From assembly GCA_965213675.1 (NCBI GenBank), contig OZ243916.1, positions 1,152,001-1,216,000 of the forward strand: a DNA stretch of 64,000 nt, in the 5' to 3' direction. Of this stretch, positions 36,741-47,711 are shown piece by piece. The position numbers and the translations under genes were made by a program. This DNA is from an uncultured Candidatus Binatia bacterium (GTDB lineage: Bacteria; Desulfobacterota; Binatia; UBA9968; JAJDTQ01). The first letter of the stretch is position 1. Every line of letters begins with the position of its first letter. Under the pieces are notes generated by a model, which was given only the letters and a program-made list of their open reading frames with translations, searched no databases and was not told where the DNA came from.

Positions 36741-37131
36741 GGTAACCTCCTGGTCGGTCCGGTCCTTGTCGCGTTTGTCGCGGGGTGGTCGCTCAAGGAA
36801 ACTCTGATTCTTCAAGGAAACTTTGATTCGTTGCCAACGGGGAAGCGTCGTTCGACTTCGCGTCCCCCGGGCCAACGGCCGGCTTGGGCGCCGGTCATGA
36901 CCCATGCATGCCGCGCCGGTTGTCCGGGTATTAGCCCGCCCCATGAGCCTTGTCAAGAAATGCCCGCCGGTCGGACGGGACCAAAGCAGACGAAGTCTCG
37001 CAATCTTGCGCCCCACGACGCATCGCGATACAAAGACTCTGATCCATCGGGCTGGCCGAATCGGGCGCGCCGTCCGTGATGCCTCCATGTCCTTCTCGAG
37101 GTGTTCATTTCTTCCCGGAACGATTCAAACG

Positions 37132-38436
37132 ATGAGTTGGCTCAACCTTGGTTCCCTCGGCGGATTGGCGGTCCTGGCATTTCTCGCCTGGGCCGCGGGG
37201 GGCTTCCGCAGGCCTGTTCCCTGGCGCACCGTGCTCGCGGCCGGAGGGCTCATGCTGCTCCTGGGCGCCATGGTGTTCTGGGTGCCGTGGACGCGCACGG
37301 CTCTGATATGGATCAACGACACCGTGATCACCATCCTCCGGTCCGGCAACGAGGGCGCGCGCTTCCTGTTCGGACCGCTGGCCCTCAGTCCGGGCGAGAC
37401 CTCCGGGGACGGGTCGCAGTCCATCGGCTTCATCCTCGCCGCCCAAGTCTTCCCGGCGGTGATCTTCTTTGCCTCACTCATGGCCGCGCTCTATCATTTG
37501 CGCATCCTGCAGCCCGTGGTGAAGCTCTTCGCAATCCTGTTTCACCGCACCATGGGCCTCTCGGGCGCGGAGTCGCTGGCGGGCTCATCCAACATCTTCA
37601 TCGGCATCGAATCGGCCATGACCGTGCGGCCGTATCTGGACCGCATGACCCGATCCGAGCTGCTGACGCTCATCACATGCGGCATGGCCACGGTGGCGTC
37701 CACCACCCTGGCGCTCTACGTGCTCTTCCTCAAGGACAGCTTCCCGCTCATCGCCGGACACTTGGTCTCTGCCTCGCTCATGTCCATCCCGGCCGCCGCG
37801 CTGGTCTCCAAACTGATCCTGCCCGAGACCGAAACGCCCGACACCCTGGGAGGCGTGCCGCCCATGGCCGACAGCGAACGCAAGCAGAACACCATGGCGG
37901 CGCTGATGGAGGGCTCTTGGGAAGGACTCAAGTTGGCCGCGGGCATCGGTACCCTGCTCGTGGCCATCCTCGGATTCGTTGCGCTCATCGACTGGGGGCT
38001 ATTGAAGGCAACCGCGCCGTTAAGCGACGCCCTCGCCGGTCCCGTGGACCTGCGGCGCATCCTAGGCTGGATCTTCACGCCGCTGGCGTGGCTGCTGGGG
38101 CTGCCTGGAACCGACCTCGCGGACGCCGGCCGCCTGCTGGGGGGACGCGCCATCCTCACCGAGGTGGTCGCCTACCAGGAGTTGGGCCGCCTCGCGGCCG
38201 AAGGCGCGATCTCGCCCCGCGGCATCCTCGTCCTGTCCTACACCCTGTGCGGCTTCGCTCACGTCGCCTCGGTGGGCATCTTCATCGGCGGCATCGGCGC
38301 CCTGGCCCCGGCGCGCCGCGGCGACCTGTCCGCGCTCGGCATCCGCGCCTTGGCGGGCGCCACCCTGGCAACCTTCATGACCGGCGCGGTGGCGGGTTTC
38401 TACTACTACGGGCAGCAGGGCCTGCTGGGCGTCTGA
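37132..38436 (+). CDS. Concentrative nucleoside transporter (NupC/CNT family)
   Basis: GARFLFG, FPAVIFF, SGAES, GMATVA, LMSIPAA, LCGFA. Confidence 0.92.
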   Translation: MSWLNLGSLGGLAVLAFLAWAAGGFRRPVPWRTVLAAGGLMLLLGAMVFWVPWTRTALIWINDTVITILRSGNEGARFLFGPLALSPGETSGDGSQSIGFILAAQVFPAVIFFASLMAALYHLRILQPVVKLFAILFHRTMGLSGAESLAGSSNIFIGIESAMTVRPYLDRMTRSELLTLITCGMATVASTTLALYVLFLKDSFPLIAGHLVSASLMSIPAAALVSKLILPETETPDTLGGVPPMADSERKQNTMAALMEGSWEGLKLAAGIGTLLVAILGFVALIDWGLLKATAPLSDALAGPVDLRRILGWIFTPLAWLLGLPGTDLADAGRLLGGRAILTEVVAYQELGRLAAEGAISPRGILVLSYTLCGFAHVASVGIFIGGIGALAPARRGDLSALGIRALAGATLATFMTGAVAGFYYYGQQGLLGV

Positions 38437-38451
38437 GACCCGCGGCTTGAG

Positions 38452-38620
38452 CCTGGGAGCCTGTCGGGTTTATCAAGAATCTACTGCGAGGCAGCGAAAT
38501 GGGTCCATTTCCGGTTGGATTTTCGTCCAATATTACCAATATTCTCCTCAAATCCGCCCGAAACTGGCCTCCATTTCTCTGCCTCTCGCTACGATTCGAT
38601 AATCCCGACAGGCTCCCAGG
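38452..38620. mobile_element. MITE, copy 1 (TIR GGAGCCTGTCGGG)
   Basis: Terminal inverted repeats; near-identical inverted copy at 50931-51093. Confidence 0.85.
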
Positions 38621-38713
38621 GAACCGGACAACGGTAATCCTGCAGGCGCGACCGGGCGGGCGCCCGTGCATGCAACGTCGCAGCGAATCAACACAGAACC
38701 AGGAGGCCAACGA

Positions 38714-40000
38714 ATGAGTTCAGGCTACGCGCCCCCCGACGCCATCTCGCGGCCCGAAGTGGTGCAACTGTCCCGTGAAACCCTCGACCGGCCGGACATA
38801 CCCGTGGAGAACCGCGAGGATATCTTCCGCATCCAGGCCCTCGAAATGGACTGGGACATCGGCACCATGACCTATGCGCCGGAAGATCCCGCGCGCATCC
38901 CCAAGGCCCCCGACGGCAGGCGCGCCGGCATCTTCCTGCTTCACGGCGGCACCTCGGACTACAAGTCGCTGGAACCGGTGGCGCGCATGTTGTCCACCAA
39001 GTTCGGCTTCAAGGTCACGCTCATGACCTTTCCCGGGCGGCTGTACCTGCTGGACCCTTCCAGGGACTGGCCTGGCGACACCCTGGAGCCCGACGGCACC
39101 GGCCGGACGCCACTGTGGACCAGGGAGACGCGCATCACCCGTGACCAATACGAGGTGGCGCGGGACGACGCCCGCCGCGAGAGTTACGGCACTGTCATTT
39201 CGCTCGTGGCGCGGGAAGGCACGGAGTTCTACCACCGCATGGCGGCGTGGCCCGTGGCTTTCGAGGAGGCGCTACGCGAAAGCTGCCGGCGCGAGTTCGA
39301 CCCTTCAGAGTACGCCCTCTATGTCCACGGCCATTCCACCGGCGGGCCGTTCGCCATGATCGCCGCCCAACGGGTCGCCAACGTCGAGGGCGTGCTCGGC
39401 TACGGTTCCTCCACCTTCGCCTACATCTACACGGCTACCACCGGCGACCGCTGGGAGTTTCCCTTCAACCACCTGCGCCTGCGCACCTGGCGCGACACCG
39501 CGCGCTACCTTTACGAAGGGCTCAAGGACAAGGGCTATGGCCTGCCCATGCTGATGGAACTCACCATGGACAAATGGGAGGCGTCGAAGAAACGCACCAA
39601 CTTCAAGGCTGAAGACTTCGTCCACAAGAACGGCGCCGGCGCGCTGGAACAGGCCGCCAGGGTCAGCGCCCGGCGGCTCAGGATGAGCGGCGCGGACGAA
39701 GAGCGCCTGGTCACCCGCTATCTCGGCTATCTGCGGGAGCTGTCCGGCGCCGATGCCAAGCCCGTGCCGCCCATGCTCTCGCTCCACGGACTGGACGACG
39801 ACACCGTCACCCTCCGGCGCTGCCGTGACGCCCTGCCGCTCTACGCCGCCATGGACCCCGCGCCCAAGGTGGCCGGCGTTTCCCTGGGCGCCGGCATCCA
39901 TACCTGGGGCCTCACCTACGACGACCTACCCCACGGCATCATCCCCCCGGTGTGCCGCCTGTGGCACGACGCCATTGTGGGCGGGTTCTTCGCGCCCTGA
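38714..40000 (+). CDS. Uncharacterised alpha/beta-hydrolase-fold protein
   Basis: LLHGG, GHSTGG nucleophile elbow, HGLDDD, late His (GIH). Confidence 0.7.
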   Translation: MSSGYAPPDAISRPEVVQLSRETLDRPDIPVENREDIFRIQALEMDWDIGTMTYAPEDPARIPKAPDGRRAGIFLLHGGTSDYKSLEPVARMLSTKFGFKVTLMTFPGRLYLLDPSRDWPGDTLEPDGTGRTPLWTRETRITRDQYEVARDDARRESYGTVISLVAREGTEFYHRMAAWPVAFEEALRESCRREFDPSEYALYVHGHSTGGPFAMIAAQRVANVEGVLGYGSSTFAYIYTATTGDRWEFPFNHLRLRTWRDTARYLYEGLKDKGYGLPMLMELTMDKWEASKKRTNFKAEDFVHKNGAGALEQAARVSARRLRMSGADEERLVTRYLGYLRELSGADAKPVPPMLSLHGLDDDTVTLRRCRDALPLYAAMDPAPKVAGVSLGAGIHTWGLTYDDLPHGIIPPVCRLWHDAIVGGFFAP

Positions 40001-40072
40001 AGGCGCGAGCGCCACGCGCCGTGTCTCAAGGAGCCTGCCGGTATCGCCGCCGTCCAGCCGACACACGAGGGG

Positions 40073-40978
40073 ATGACAAACACGATGATCGACGCACCTT
40101 CACAGGCCCGGCGCAAACCTTCGTGGCTCAAGGTGCGGCTGCCCGCCGGTTCGGACTACAACCGCCTCAAGGACAACTTCCGCGGGCTCAAGCTGCACAC
40201 GGTGTGCGAGGAGGCGCGCTGTCCCAATCTGGCCGAGTGCTGGAGCGCCGGAACCGCCACCATCATGATCCTTGGCGATGTATGCACGCGCGGGTGCCGG
40301 TTTTGCGCGGTGAAGACCGCCCGGACGGGGACGCCCGTGGACCCGGACGAACCCAGGCGGGTGGCGGAGGCATTGGCGCGCCTGGACCTTCGCTACGTGG
40401 TCCTCACCTCCGTGGACCGGGACGACCTGGACGATGGGGGCGCGGGGGTCTTCGCCCACACCATCCGCGAGACCCGGCGGCGCTGCCCGGAACTGATCAT
40501 CGAGGCGTTGATCCCGGATTTTCGCGGCGACATCCGCGCCCTCGGGAAGGTCGTGGACGCCGCGCCCCAAGTGATCGGGCAGAACCTCGAAACCGTCCAA
40601 CGCCTCACTCGCCAGGCCCGGGACCGGCGCTGCGGCTACGAACAGACCCTGGACGTGCTCGCGAACGTCAAGACGCTGAACCCGCGCATCTACACCAAGA
40701 GCGCCCTCCTCCTCGGCATGGGCGAGACCCGCGAAGAGGTGCTCGCCACCATGCGCGACCTGCGCGCCCGCGGCGTCGACATCCTCACCCTGGGCCAGTA
40801 CCTCCAGCCCACCCGCAAGCACCTGCCCGTGGCGGAGTTCGTGCACCCGGACCGTTTCCGGGACTACGAAGAGCAGGGATCGGCGCTGGGCTTTCGCTAC
40901 GTCGCCGCCGGCCCCATGGTGCGCAGTTCCTACAGGGCCGCCGAGTTTTTCGTTGAGAAGCTGCTCAAGCCGCATTGA
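40073..40978 (+). CDS. lipA: Lipoyl synthase
   Basis: [30 protein letters not shown]. Confidence 0.97.
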   Translation: MTNTMIDAPSQARRKPSWLKVRLPAGSDYNRLKDNFRGLKLHTVCEEARCPNLAECWSAGTATIMILGDVCTRGCRFCAVKTARTGTPVDPDEPRRVAEALARLDLRYVVLTSVDRDDLDDGGAGVFAHTIRETRRRCPELIIEALIPDFRGDIRALGKVVDAAPQVIGQNLETVQRLTRQARDRRCGYEQTLDVLANVKTLNPRIYTKSALLLGMGETREEVLATMRDLRARGVDILTLGQYLQPTRKHLPVAEFVHPDRFRDYEEQGSALGFRYVAAGPMVRSSYRAAEFFVEKLLKPH

Positions 40979-41191
40979 CTCATTCAACGGGCCCCATGTG
41001 AGAGTGGAGGGCCGGAAAAGTCACGCAACCCAGGAGCTTGCGCCGCAGGAATTCACGGCTGCAAATCCGCTCTTGATTCACAAAGTCACGTTTTTCGAAC
41101 ATGCCGGTCCGAGGCGTGGCCTCGCGATGCCACACGGCGGCATTCGGCTTGTCAGGCACGGAACGCTGTGAGAAAAGGAGGGCCGGAGGAA

Positions 41192-42328
41192 ATGATCATG
41201 AGCGACCGTATCATCTCGGCCGACGGCCACATGGACCTTTTCTATCTCGACGAGGATACGTTCCGGTCGCGCGCCCCGGCCGGCATGAAGGACCGGGTGC
41301 CCAACGTGCGCATGGTGGAGGGCAAGCCCTCGTGGATCGGCGACGGCGTCAACATGGGCGGCCACCGGGCGTGGATGGGGCGCCAGCCCATGACCAACCA
41401 CCGGGGGCGGAGAATGCGCGAGGCGGGGTGGGAACCCACGCACCCGTCGGATCCGAAGCTGCGCGCCCGGGACCTGGACATGGACGGGATTGCGGCGGAG
41501 GTCATCTACGGCATCCGCTTCGTGGAGGACAGCATCAAGGACCCCGACGTCATCAGCGCCACCTACCGCGCCTACAACGACTTCATCGCCGAGTTCTGCG
41601 AATACGACTCGAACCGCTTCATCGGCATCGCCGACATCCCGGCCCACTCGCCCGATGCCGCGGCCGCGGAAATCCGCCGCGTCGGCCGGAACGGCCTGGG
41701 CCTCAAGGGCGCGCTGTTCGATTTCTTCAACGGCCCCGCGCCCATCTGGCACGAGATGTGGGAGCCCATGTGGGCCGCTGCCGAGGAGGAGGAAGTCGCC
41801 CTCTCCTTTCACATCGGCGCGGGCCACGGCACCACCACGGTAGGGCCACGGAACGCCGAGGAGAAGCTCAGACGCAACATCCCCAAGGTGTCCTACGAGG
41901 CGCACATCGCGGTGGTGGCCATGCAGGCGGACGAATGTCTCGTGTCCATCCTGCTGTGCGGCGCGCTGGAACGTCATCCCGCCCTCAAGGTGGTGATGGC
42001 GGAGAGCCACATCGGCTGGATCCCGTACGTGCTGGAACGGCTCGACACCAAGTTCCGGGAGGGCGAGTACGAAGGCATGATTCACACGCCGCCGAGCGCG
42101 CTGTTCCGGCGCCAGATGTGGGCCACGTTTCAGGACGACCGGGTCGGCGCGCACCTGGCAGAGGAATACGCCCCGGACAATTTCTGCTGGGCTTCGGACT
42201 ATCCGCACCGGGACGGCGTGTGGCCCGACTCCCAGGAGTTCATCCAGCAGACCATGGGCGGATTGAGCGACAAGATGCGTCAACGCCTCACCGCCGACAA
42301 CGTCACGCGGCTTTACCATATCCAGTAG
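41192..42328 (+). CDS. Amidohydrolase_2 family protein
   Basis: ISADGH, AYND, SFHIG, ASDYPHRD. Confidence 0.9.
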   Translation: MIMSDRIISADGHMDLFYLDEDTFRSRAPAGMKDRVPNVRMVEGKPSWIGDGVNMGGHRAWMGRQPMTNHRGRRMREAGWEPTHPSDPKLRARDLDMDGIAAEVIYGIRFVEDSIKDPDVISATYRAYNDFIAEFCEYDSNRFIGIADIPAHSPDAAAAEIRRVGRNGLGLKGALFDFFNGPAPIWHEMWEPMWAAAEEEEVALSFHIGAGHGTTTVGPRNAEEKLRRNIPKVSYEAHIAVVAMQADECLVSILLCGALERHPALKVVMAESHIGWIPYVLERLDTKFREGEYEGMIHTPPSALFRRQMWATFQDDRVGAHLAEEYAPDNFCWASDYPHRDGVWPDSQEFIQQTMGGLSDKMRQRLTADNVTRLYHIQ

Positions 42329-42456
42329 GCGCCGTTCCGTAGACGCTGGCGGCCGTGTTTGCGCGCCCATGACCGCGTGTGGCGGCACACGACGTGGCGC
42401 CCGCAAAGCCCGCGACCGCGGGGACGATTTCCGCGATGGGCGCCGCGGGCGCCCGA

Positions 42457-43083
42457 TCAAAGAATCCTGATCTTGCCGCGGTTGTAGACGGCCACGGACG
42501 CGCTGGCCGCAACGCTGTCGCGGTACTCCTCCGCATCCAGGCTCCACACCATGGTGTCCCGCGGGCGCCCCTCGGCGTCGATCTTGTTGCGGTAGAGCGT
42601 GCGGCGGTGGATGTAGCCGAGCTTCTCGGCCACGCGCGCGCTGGGCCGGTTGCGAGGATCGCAGCGGATCTCCAGCCGCTCCACGCCGTGGACCTCGAAG
42701 GCCACGCGCGTGAGCGCGGCCGTGGACTCGGTGGCCAGCCCCTTGTTGGCGTGGGAGCGGCCGACCCAGTAGCCGATCTCACGCGCATCCTTGCTGTCGC
42801 GGGTGTGCAGACCGGTCCCGCCGATGATGCGCAGGCCGTCCGGGGCGAAGATGCCGTAGACGAACTCCCGCCGCAAAAGGAAGTCGTCCCGGAAGCGCCG
42901 CAGCCGTTCCGTCTTCATCTCCAGGGACTCCGGCTCCTGCTGCGCCCAGTCCATCCACGGACGCAGGTATTCCAGGTTGTCGTTGATCTCTCGTTGCAAC
43001 AGGTTGGCGTCGGTGGGATGCCAGCAACGGAGGATCAACCGCGACGTGTGGATGCTGTAGGCCAGTCCCGGAGATTGAGCCAT
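42457..43083 (-). CDS. RimJ/RimL-type GNAT acetyltransferase
   Basis: TSRLILR, EIGYW, KGLATE, NRPSARVAEKLGY. Confidence 0.9.
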   Translation of the reverse strand: MAQSPGLAYSIHTSRLILRCWHPTDANLLQREINDNLEYLRPWMDWAQQEPESLEMKTERLRRFRDDFLLRREFVYGIFAPDGLRIIGGTGLHTRDSKDAREIGYWVGRSHANKGLATESTAALTRVAFEVHGVERLEIRCDPRNRPSARVAEKLGYIHRRTLYRNKIDAEGRPRDTMVWSLDAEEYRDSVAASASVAVYNRGKIRIL

Positions 43084-43152
43084 GTCGTGAAGATTCGGCA
43101 AGCGCGGAAAGGCACGGTCGCGGCAGGTTCGGGTTGGACGTGAACCGCGACG

Positions 43153-44253
43153 CTACACCCGCGCGGCCACCCAGTCGTGCATGAACGGGAAGATCTCGGC
43201 GTGGTTGTCGTAGGAGCAATGGACGGCGCCGGGCTCGCCGGCGCGGAGAAAGCGCAGTTCCTTCTCGCACCTGGCCTCGCTGTAGGTCTGGTGGGCGCAA
43301 CGTGGGTCGGTGATGATGTCGTCCTCCCCGTGGAGGATGAGGAGCGGGCACTCGACCTTCTCGATGCTGCCGGCCAGGGTGAACTCGCTCAGGCGGCGGC
43401 GCACTTCTTCCTCGGTGCTCGATCCCGTGATCCAGCGGAACTGTCCTCGGAGCGGCTCGTAGTACTCGTAAATGTCACGGAAGCAGTCGTAGGGGCCGAA
43501 GTGGGAAACGCAGCACCGCACGCGCTTCTCGTAGGCGGCGGCGCGGGTGACGTAGTAACCGCCCATGCTCATGCCCATGAGCGCCACGCGGTTCATATCG
43601 ACGTCGCCACGGGCTTCGAGGTAGTCCACCATGGCCGTGACCGGGCGCTCGAAGTCGGGGATGGCCAGGCTGTTGCGCAGCCGGAGCATTCCGCCGCGTC
43701 CGGGACCGTCGACGATGAGCAGAGCGAGACCGCGCTGGGCGGCCTCGGGGCCACCGACGAAGTAGACCTCCTCGGCGGTGGAGTCGGCGCCGCCGGTGTA
43801 GATCAGCACGGGCGGCTTGGGTCCGGCCGAGGGCGGGGCGTGAAAGAAATAGCCGGGCATGGCGGTGTCCTCGTAGGGCACCTCCACGCGCTCAATGCCG
43901 GGCGAGAGCGCCGCGGCGGCCTGGAAGCTCTTGGCGGACTTGCGGTAGGTGGGAACCTTGCGGTGGTCGGTGAAGGGCAGCAGGAACTCGGCCACCCGGT
44001 AGTAGTTGGAGGCGCGGAAGAAGGCCTTGATGGCGCTTTGCCCGTGGCCGGCAAGCTCTTGCTCGTGGCCGAAGGCGGCCACCCGTTCCGCGGTTGCGAG
44101 CCACTCGGCGTGCCAGCTCTCGATGTCGCCGGACTGGATGCGTTGCGCGGTGCGGTGGATCTCGTTGAAATCGCCGCCGCCGTAGTAGCTCTCGGCCAGC
44201 AGCCGGATGCACGCGAAGGACCAGCTTCGGTTCCCCGGGAAGAATTCGAACAT
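43153..44253 (-). CDS. Alpha/beta hydrolase (2,6-dihydroxypseudooxynicotine hydrolase/FrsA-like)
   Basis: RASNYYRVAEF, GGADS, DGPGRG, GMSMGG, HC. Confidence 0.85.
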   Translation of the reverse strand: MFEFFPGNRSWSFACIRLLAESYYGGGDFNEIHRTAQRIQSGDIESWHAEWLATAERVAAFGHEQELAGHGQSAIKAFFRASNYYRVAEFLLPFTDHRKVPTYRKSAKSFQAAAALSPGIERVEVPYEDTAMPGYFFHAPPSAGPKPPVLIYTGGADSTAEEVYFVGGPEAAQRGLALLIVDGPGRGGMLRLRNSLAIPDFERPVTAMVDYLEARGDVDMNRVALMGMSMGGYYVTRAAAYEKRVRCCVSHFGPYDCFRDIYEYYEPLRGQFRWITGSSTEEEVRRRLSEFTLAGSIEKVECPLLILHGEDDIITDPRCAHQTYSEARCEKELRFLRAGEPGAVHCSYDNHAEIFPFMHDWVAARV

Positions 44254-44304
44254 GGCCCCTCGCGTCGTTCCGGCGCCGCCCGTTCAAACTACGGGTGTGG
44301 CTTC

Positions 44305-45345
44305 CTATTGATACAGCTTCTGAATGCGCGCCTTCCACTTGTCGCCGTTCTGGCTCACCTCGCGCGCGATGACCTGCGGCGTCGGGTCGAAGAACTTGAC
44401 CCCCGTCAGCTCCTTCTTCAGGGCATCCAGGGGATCCACGGTCTTGTCAGCCACAAGCAGACCTTCGTCCCTGAAGATAGACTGGCCCTCGGTGCTTACC
44501 AGGAAATCGACGAACAACTTGGCCGCGTTGGGATGGGGCGCGTGCTTGTGGATGGCCGCCATGTTGGGCCACCAGATCGCCGGTTCCCGGAAGGTGGAGT
44601 AGCCGAGGTCCGGATAGCTCCGCCCGAACGTGTAAGGCGTGTACGGCAGCGTGAAGATGCCCAGCGAGAACTCCTTGAGTCCCACCGCCGCGTGGAGTTG
44701 GCCCCACTTGGGCTCGTAGCGCCCGACGTTGGCCTTGAATTTCGTCCAGTAATCGGCCCACTTCTCCTCGTTCTCGCCGAACCACGCGTAGAAGGAAGCG
44801 ATATGCACGAGGTAATTGGAGCCCAGCCACGGCGTACGGGAAATGATCTTCCCCTTGTACTCGGGCTTGATCAAATCCTGGATGCTCCGGGGCGCCTTGT
44901 CCGGAGGCACCAGCTTCTTGTTGTAGGACGCCCCCACCACATGATTGAAGAGCGGGATCTGGTTCCACTCCTTGGGGAGCGGCTCCATGACGTGCGCCAC
45001 GCGCTCGTAACCGGCGGGCTTGTAAGGTTGGGTCCAGTGGTTGAGCCCGCTCAACGGTCCCGGCGAGGTGGCGAAAACGTCGATGGCGTGGATGCCCGCC
45101 TGGGTCTCCTGACTCACCTTGCGGAGAATGTCAGGCGCCCCCACATAGGTGCCCTCCACCCGGATGCCGTACTTCTTCTCAAAGGACTCGGCCGCCTTCT
45201 TGTAGCTGGAGAAGATGATGACCCGCAGCTTGCCTTCCTTTTTGGCCGCGGCCACCAGGTCCGCGCTTGAAGCCAGCGCCATGCCGGAAAAGCACAGTGC
45301 TGCGCCCAACGAGAATGCCAACGCCTTTGCAACCAAGCTTCGCAT
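44305..45345 (-). CDS. ABC transporter substrate-binding protein (Fe3+/AfuA-like), no cognate permease nearby
   Basis: Signal peptide, AAAKKEGKL, YNKKLV, APHPNAAKLFVDFLVSTEGQ. Confidence 0.88.
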   Translation of the reverse strand: MRSLVAKALAFSLGAALCFSGMALASSADLVAAAKKEGKLRVIIFSSYKKAAESFEKKYGIRVEGTYVGAPDILRKVSQETQAGIHAIDVFATSPGPLSGLNHWTQPYKPAGYERVAHVMEPLPKEWNQIPLFNHVVGASYNKKLVPPDKAPRSIQDLIKPEYKGKIISRTPWLGSNYLVHIASFYAWFGENEEKWADYWTKFKANVGRYEPKWGQLHAAVGLKEFSLGIFTLPYTPYTFGRSYPDLGYSTFREPAIWWPNMAAIHKHAPHPNAAKLFVDFLVSTEGQSIFRDEGLLVADKTVDPLDALKKELTGVKFFDPTPQVIAREVSQNGDKWKARIQKLYQ

Positions 45346-45688
45346 GAGAACCTCCCTTGATGGGTTGGAGAACGTGATGTGTGGCTATGAGAAGCTGCCT
45401 GTAGTTGAAACTTTCGGTTATGGTTCAAGCTTCTGGTTATACGCCACCCGTCAGTCGCGCCACCGACCAGTCGCCGAGACCGTGACTTGCCGCCACACTA
45501 TAGCGGCACGAGACAAGCGTCAAGGGCCGGAGGCGCGACGCCTCCCCTGGGTTCACTGGAGTTGGCGCCAGCAGGGACGTGGGTTGGCGCCCGCTGCGCG
45601 TCTGTGCGGTGGCGCCCACCGCGCGACGCCTGTACTGTTGCCCATGGACTTCAATGGCTACCGCGCCCATGAGTGAGGAGATGAATCG

Positions 45689-46714
45689 ATGCTACCAGAT
45701 GTAACCCCGGACGCTTGCCTGGCCAGTTTCCGTAAAATGCTCGTGATCCGGCGCCTGGAGGAAGCCTGTATCGTCGCCGCCCACGAAGGCAAGGTGCCCG
45801 GCCATTTCCACGTCTACATCGGCCAGGAAGCCACCGGCGTGGCGGTGATGGGCAATCTGAACGAGGACGATTACGTCTACAGCACGCACCGCAATCACGG
45901 GCATCTCGTCGCGCGGGGCGCCGATCCGAAAAAGGTCCTGGCCGAAATCATGACCCGGGAAACCGGCTATGCCGGCGGCAAGGCGGGCACGCTGCACGGC
46001 TGCGCGCCGGACCTCAACTTCCCGCTGAGTTCGGGCATCGTCGGCGGCATTCTGCCGATTGCGGTGGGCACGGCCTATGCGCTGCAGCACCGCAGGCAAC
46101 CCAACGTGGCCGCGGTCCTGTTCGGCGAGGGTGCGCTGGAGGAAGGGGCGGCCTTCGAAGCCATCAACCTCGCGTCGCTGTGGAAGCTGCCGGTCCTTTT
46201 CGTATGCGAGAACAACACCGCGGAGGTATCCCGCGTACCAGGCGGGTCCCAGTACCACGCGCCCAATCTGTGTGTCGAAAGCCTGACCGGCTACGCCGAG
46301 ACCATGGGTTTGCGTGCGGTTGCGGTCGATGGCGTGGACCTCGGTGCGGTATGGGCGGCCGCCAGGGCCGCCAGGGAACGCGCCGTCAACGGCGAAGGCG
46401 CCACCTTCATCGAGGTGCGCACCGTCACCTGGCCGGGCGGACAGTGGCCAACCCTGGCGACGGGCATCACCGATATCCGCCACGTCTGGAACGACGAGAT
46501 TCCGGCGGAGTTCGCCCATCGCGAAGCCTGGTTCAAGCGCAACGACCCGGTCTTGGGCATCGGCCGCGCACTCATGGCCGGCGGCGTGATCGATCGGGCC
46601 GGCCTGGAAAAGCTCGATGCCGAGATACGGGAGGAAATGGCGCAGGTGGTGGCCTTCTGCAACCAGAGCCCGTTCCCCTCGGTGGAGACCGCCACGACCC
46701 ATGTCTGGCCCTGA
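45689..46714 (+). CDS. ThDP-dependent dehydrogenase E1 alpha subunit (AcoA/PdhA-like)
   Basis: GQEA, STHRNHGH, FGEGA...CENN, VDGVD. Confidence 0.9.
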   Translation: MLPDVTPDACLASFRKMLVIRRLEEACIVAAHEGKVPGHFHVYIGQEATGVAVMGNLNEDDYVYSTHRNHGHLVARGADPKKVLAEIMTRETGYAGGKAGTLHGCAPDLNFPLSSGIVGGILPIAVGTAYALQHRRQPNVAAVLFGEGALEEGAAFEAINLASLWKLPVLFVCENNTAEVSRVPGGSQYHAPNLCVESLTGYAETMGLRAVAVDGVDLGAVWAAARAARERAVNGEGATFIEVRTVTWPGGQWPTLATGITDIRHVWNDEIPAEFAHREAWFKRNDPVLGIGRALMAGGVIDRAGLEKLDAEIREEMAQVVAFCNQSPFPSVETATTHVWP

Positions 46715-46745
46715 TCAGAAGGAACCTCACCGAAGGAACATTACG

Positions 46746-47711
46746 ATGGCGGAAATCACATTTGGCGAAGCGAAGGTCAAGGCGGTCGGCGACATCATGC
46801 GCGCGGACGAGCGTGTGGTGGTGATCGGCGGAGCCGGGTTCGGCGGATTGGAACATGCCGCCAAGGTCAAACCGCTGATCGACGAGTTCGATGCGCGAAT
46901 CCTGCGCACGCCCATCGCCGAGCTGGGCTATTGCGGCATGGGTGTGGGCGCGGCCATCGCGGGCCTCTATCCCATCGTCACCATCGGCACCGGCAGCTTC
47001 GCCTTCGAGGCCTGGCCGCAGATCGTCAACGAAGCGCCCAACATCTTCTATATGAGCGACGGCAAAGTGAAGGCGCCCGTGATGTTCCATGCCGTCGGCG
47101 GCATACGCATTTCCGGCGCTGCGCAGCATTCGGCGCGCCCGCAGGCCATGCTCATGCAGGCCGCCGGCCTGCAGATCATCGCGCCGTCGGTGGCCTCCGA
47201 CGTGAAAGGACTGCTCACGGCGGCCAAGGAAAGCGAACGCCCCACCTTCTGGATCGACCACGCCCAGCTGTTCGAGGAAACCTGGCCCGAAGCAGGCGAC
47301 TCGCCGCCCCTGGGCAAGGCGGCGGTGTTGCGCAGCGGAAAAGACGTGACCCTGGTGGGCTATTCCATCGACCTCGTCCGTTGCGTCAAGGCGGCGCGGG
47401 AACTGGCCGTCGCGGGCATCGAGGCGGAGGTCATCGATCTCAGGACGCTGGCGCCGCTGGACCGGGAAACCATTCTGGAGTCGGTGGGCCGCACCGGACG
47501 GCTGGTGGTCGCCGACGAATGCTATCCCGCCGCCAGCGTCGCGTCCGAGGTCGCCAGCATCTTTGCCGACGAGGGGCTGGGCCTGCTCAGGAAGCCGGTC
47601 AAGCGGCTCAACTTCCCACCCGTCCCGGTCCCCGCCAGCCCACCCCTCGAAGCGCATCTGATTCCAGGCGTGGACAAGATCGTCGCCGCGGCCAAGGCGC
47701 TGGTCGCATAA
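46746..47711 (+). CDS. ThDP-dependent dehydrogenase E1 beta subunit
   Basis: [32 protein letters not shown]. Confidence 0.9.
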   Translation: MAEITFGEAKVKAVGDIMRADERVVVIGGAGFGGLEHAAKVKPLIDEFDARILRTPIAELGYCGMGVGAAIAGLYPIVTIGTGSFAFEAWPQIVNEAPNIFYMSDGKVKAPVMFHAVGGIRISGAAQHSARPQAMLMQAAGLQIIAPSVASDVKGLLTAAKESERPTFWIDHAQLFEETWPEAGDSPPLGKAAVLRSGKDVTLVGYSIDLVRCVKAARELAVAGIEAEVIDLRTLAPLDRETILESVGRTGRLVVADECYPAASVASEVASIFADEGLGLLRKPVKRLNFPPVPVPASPPLEAHLIPGVDKIVAAAKALVA

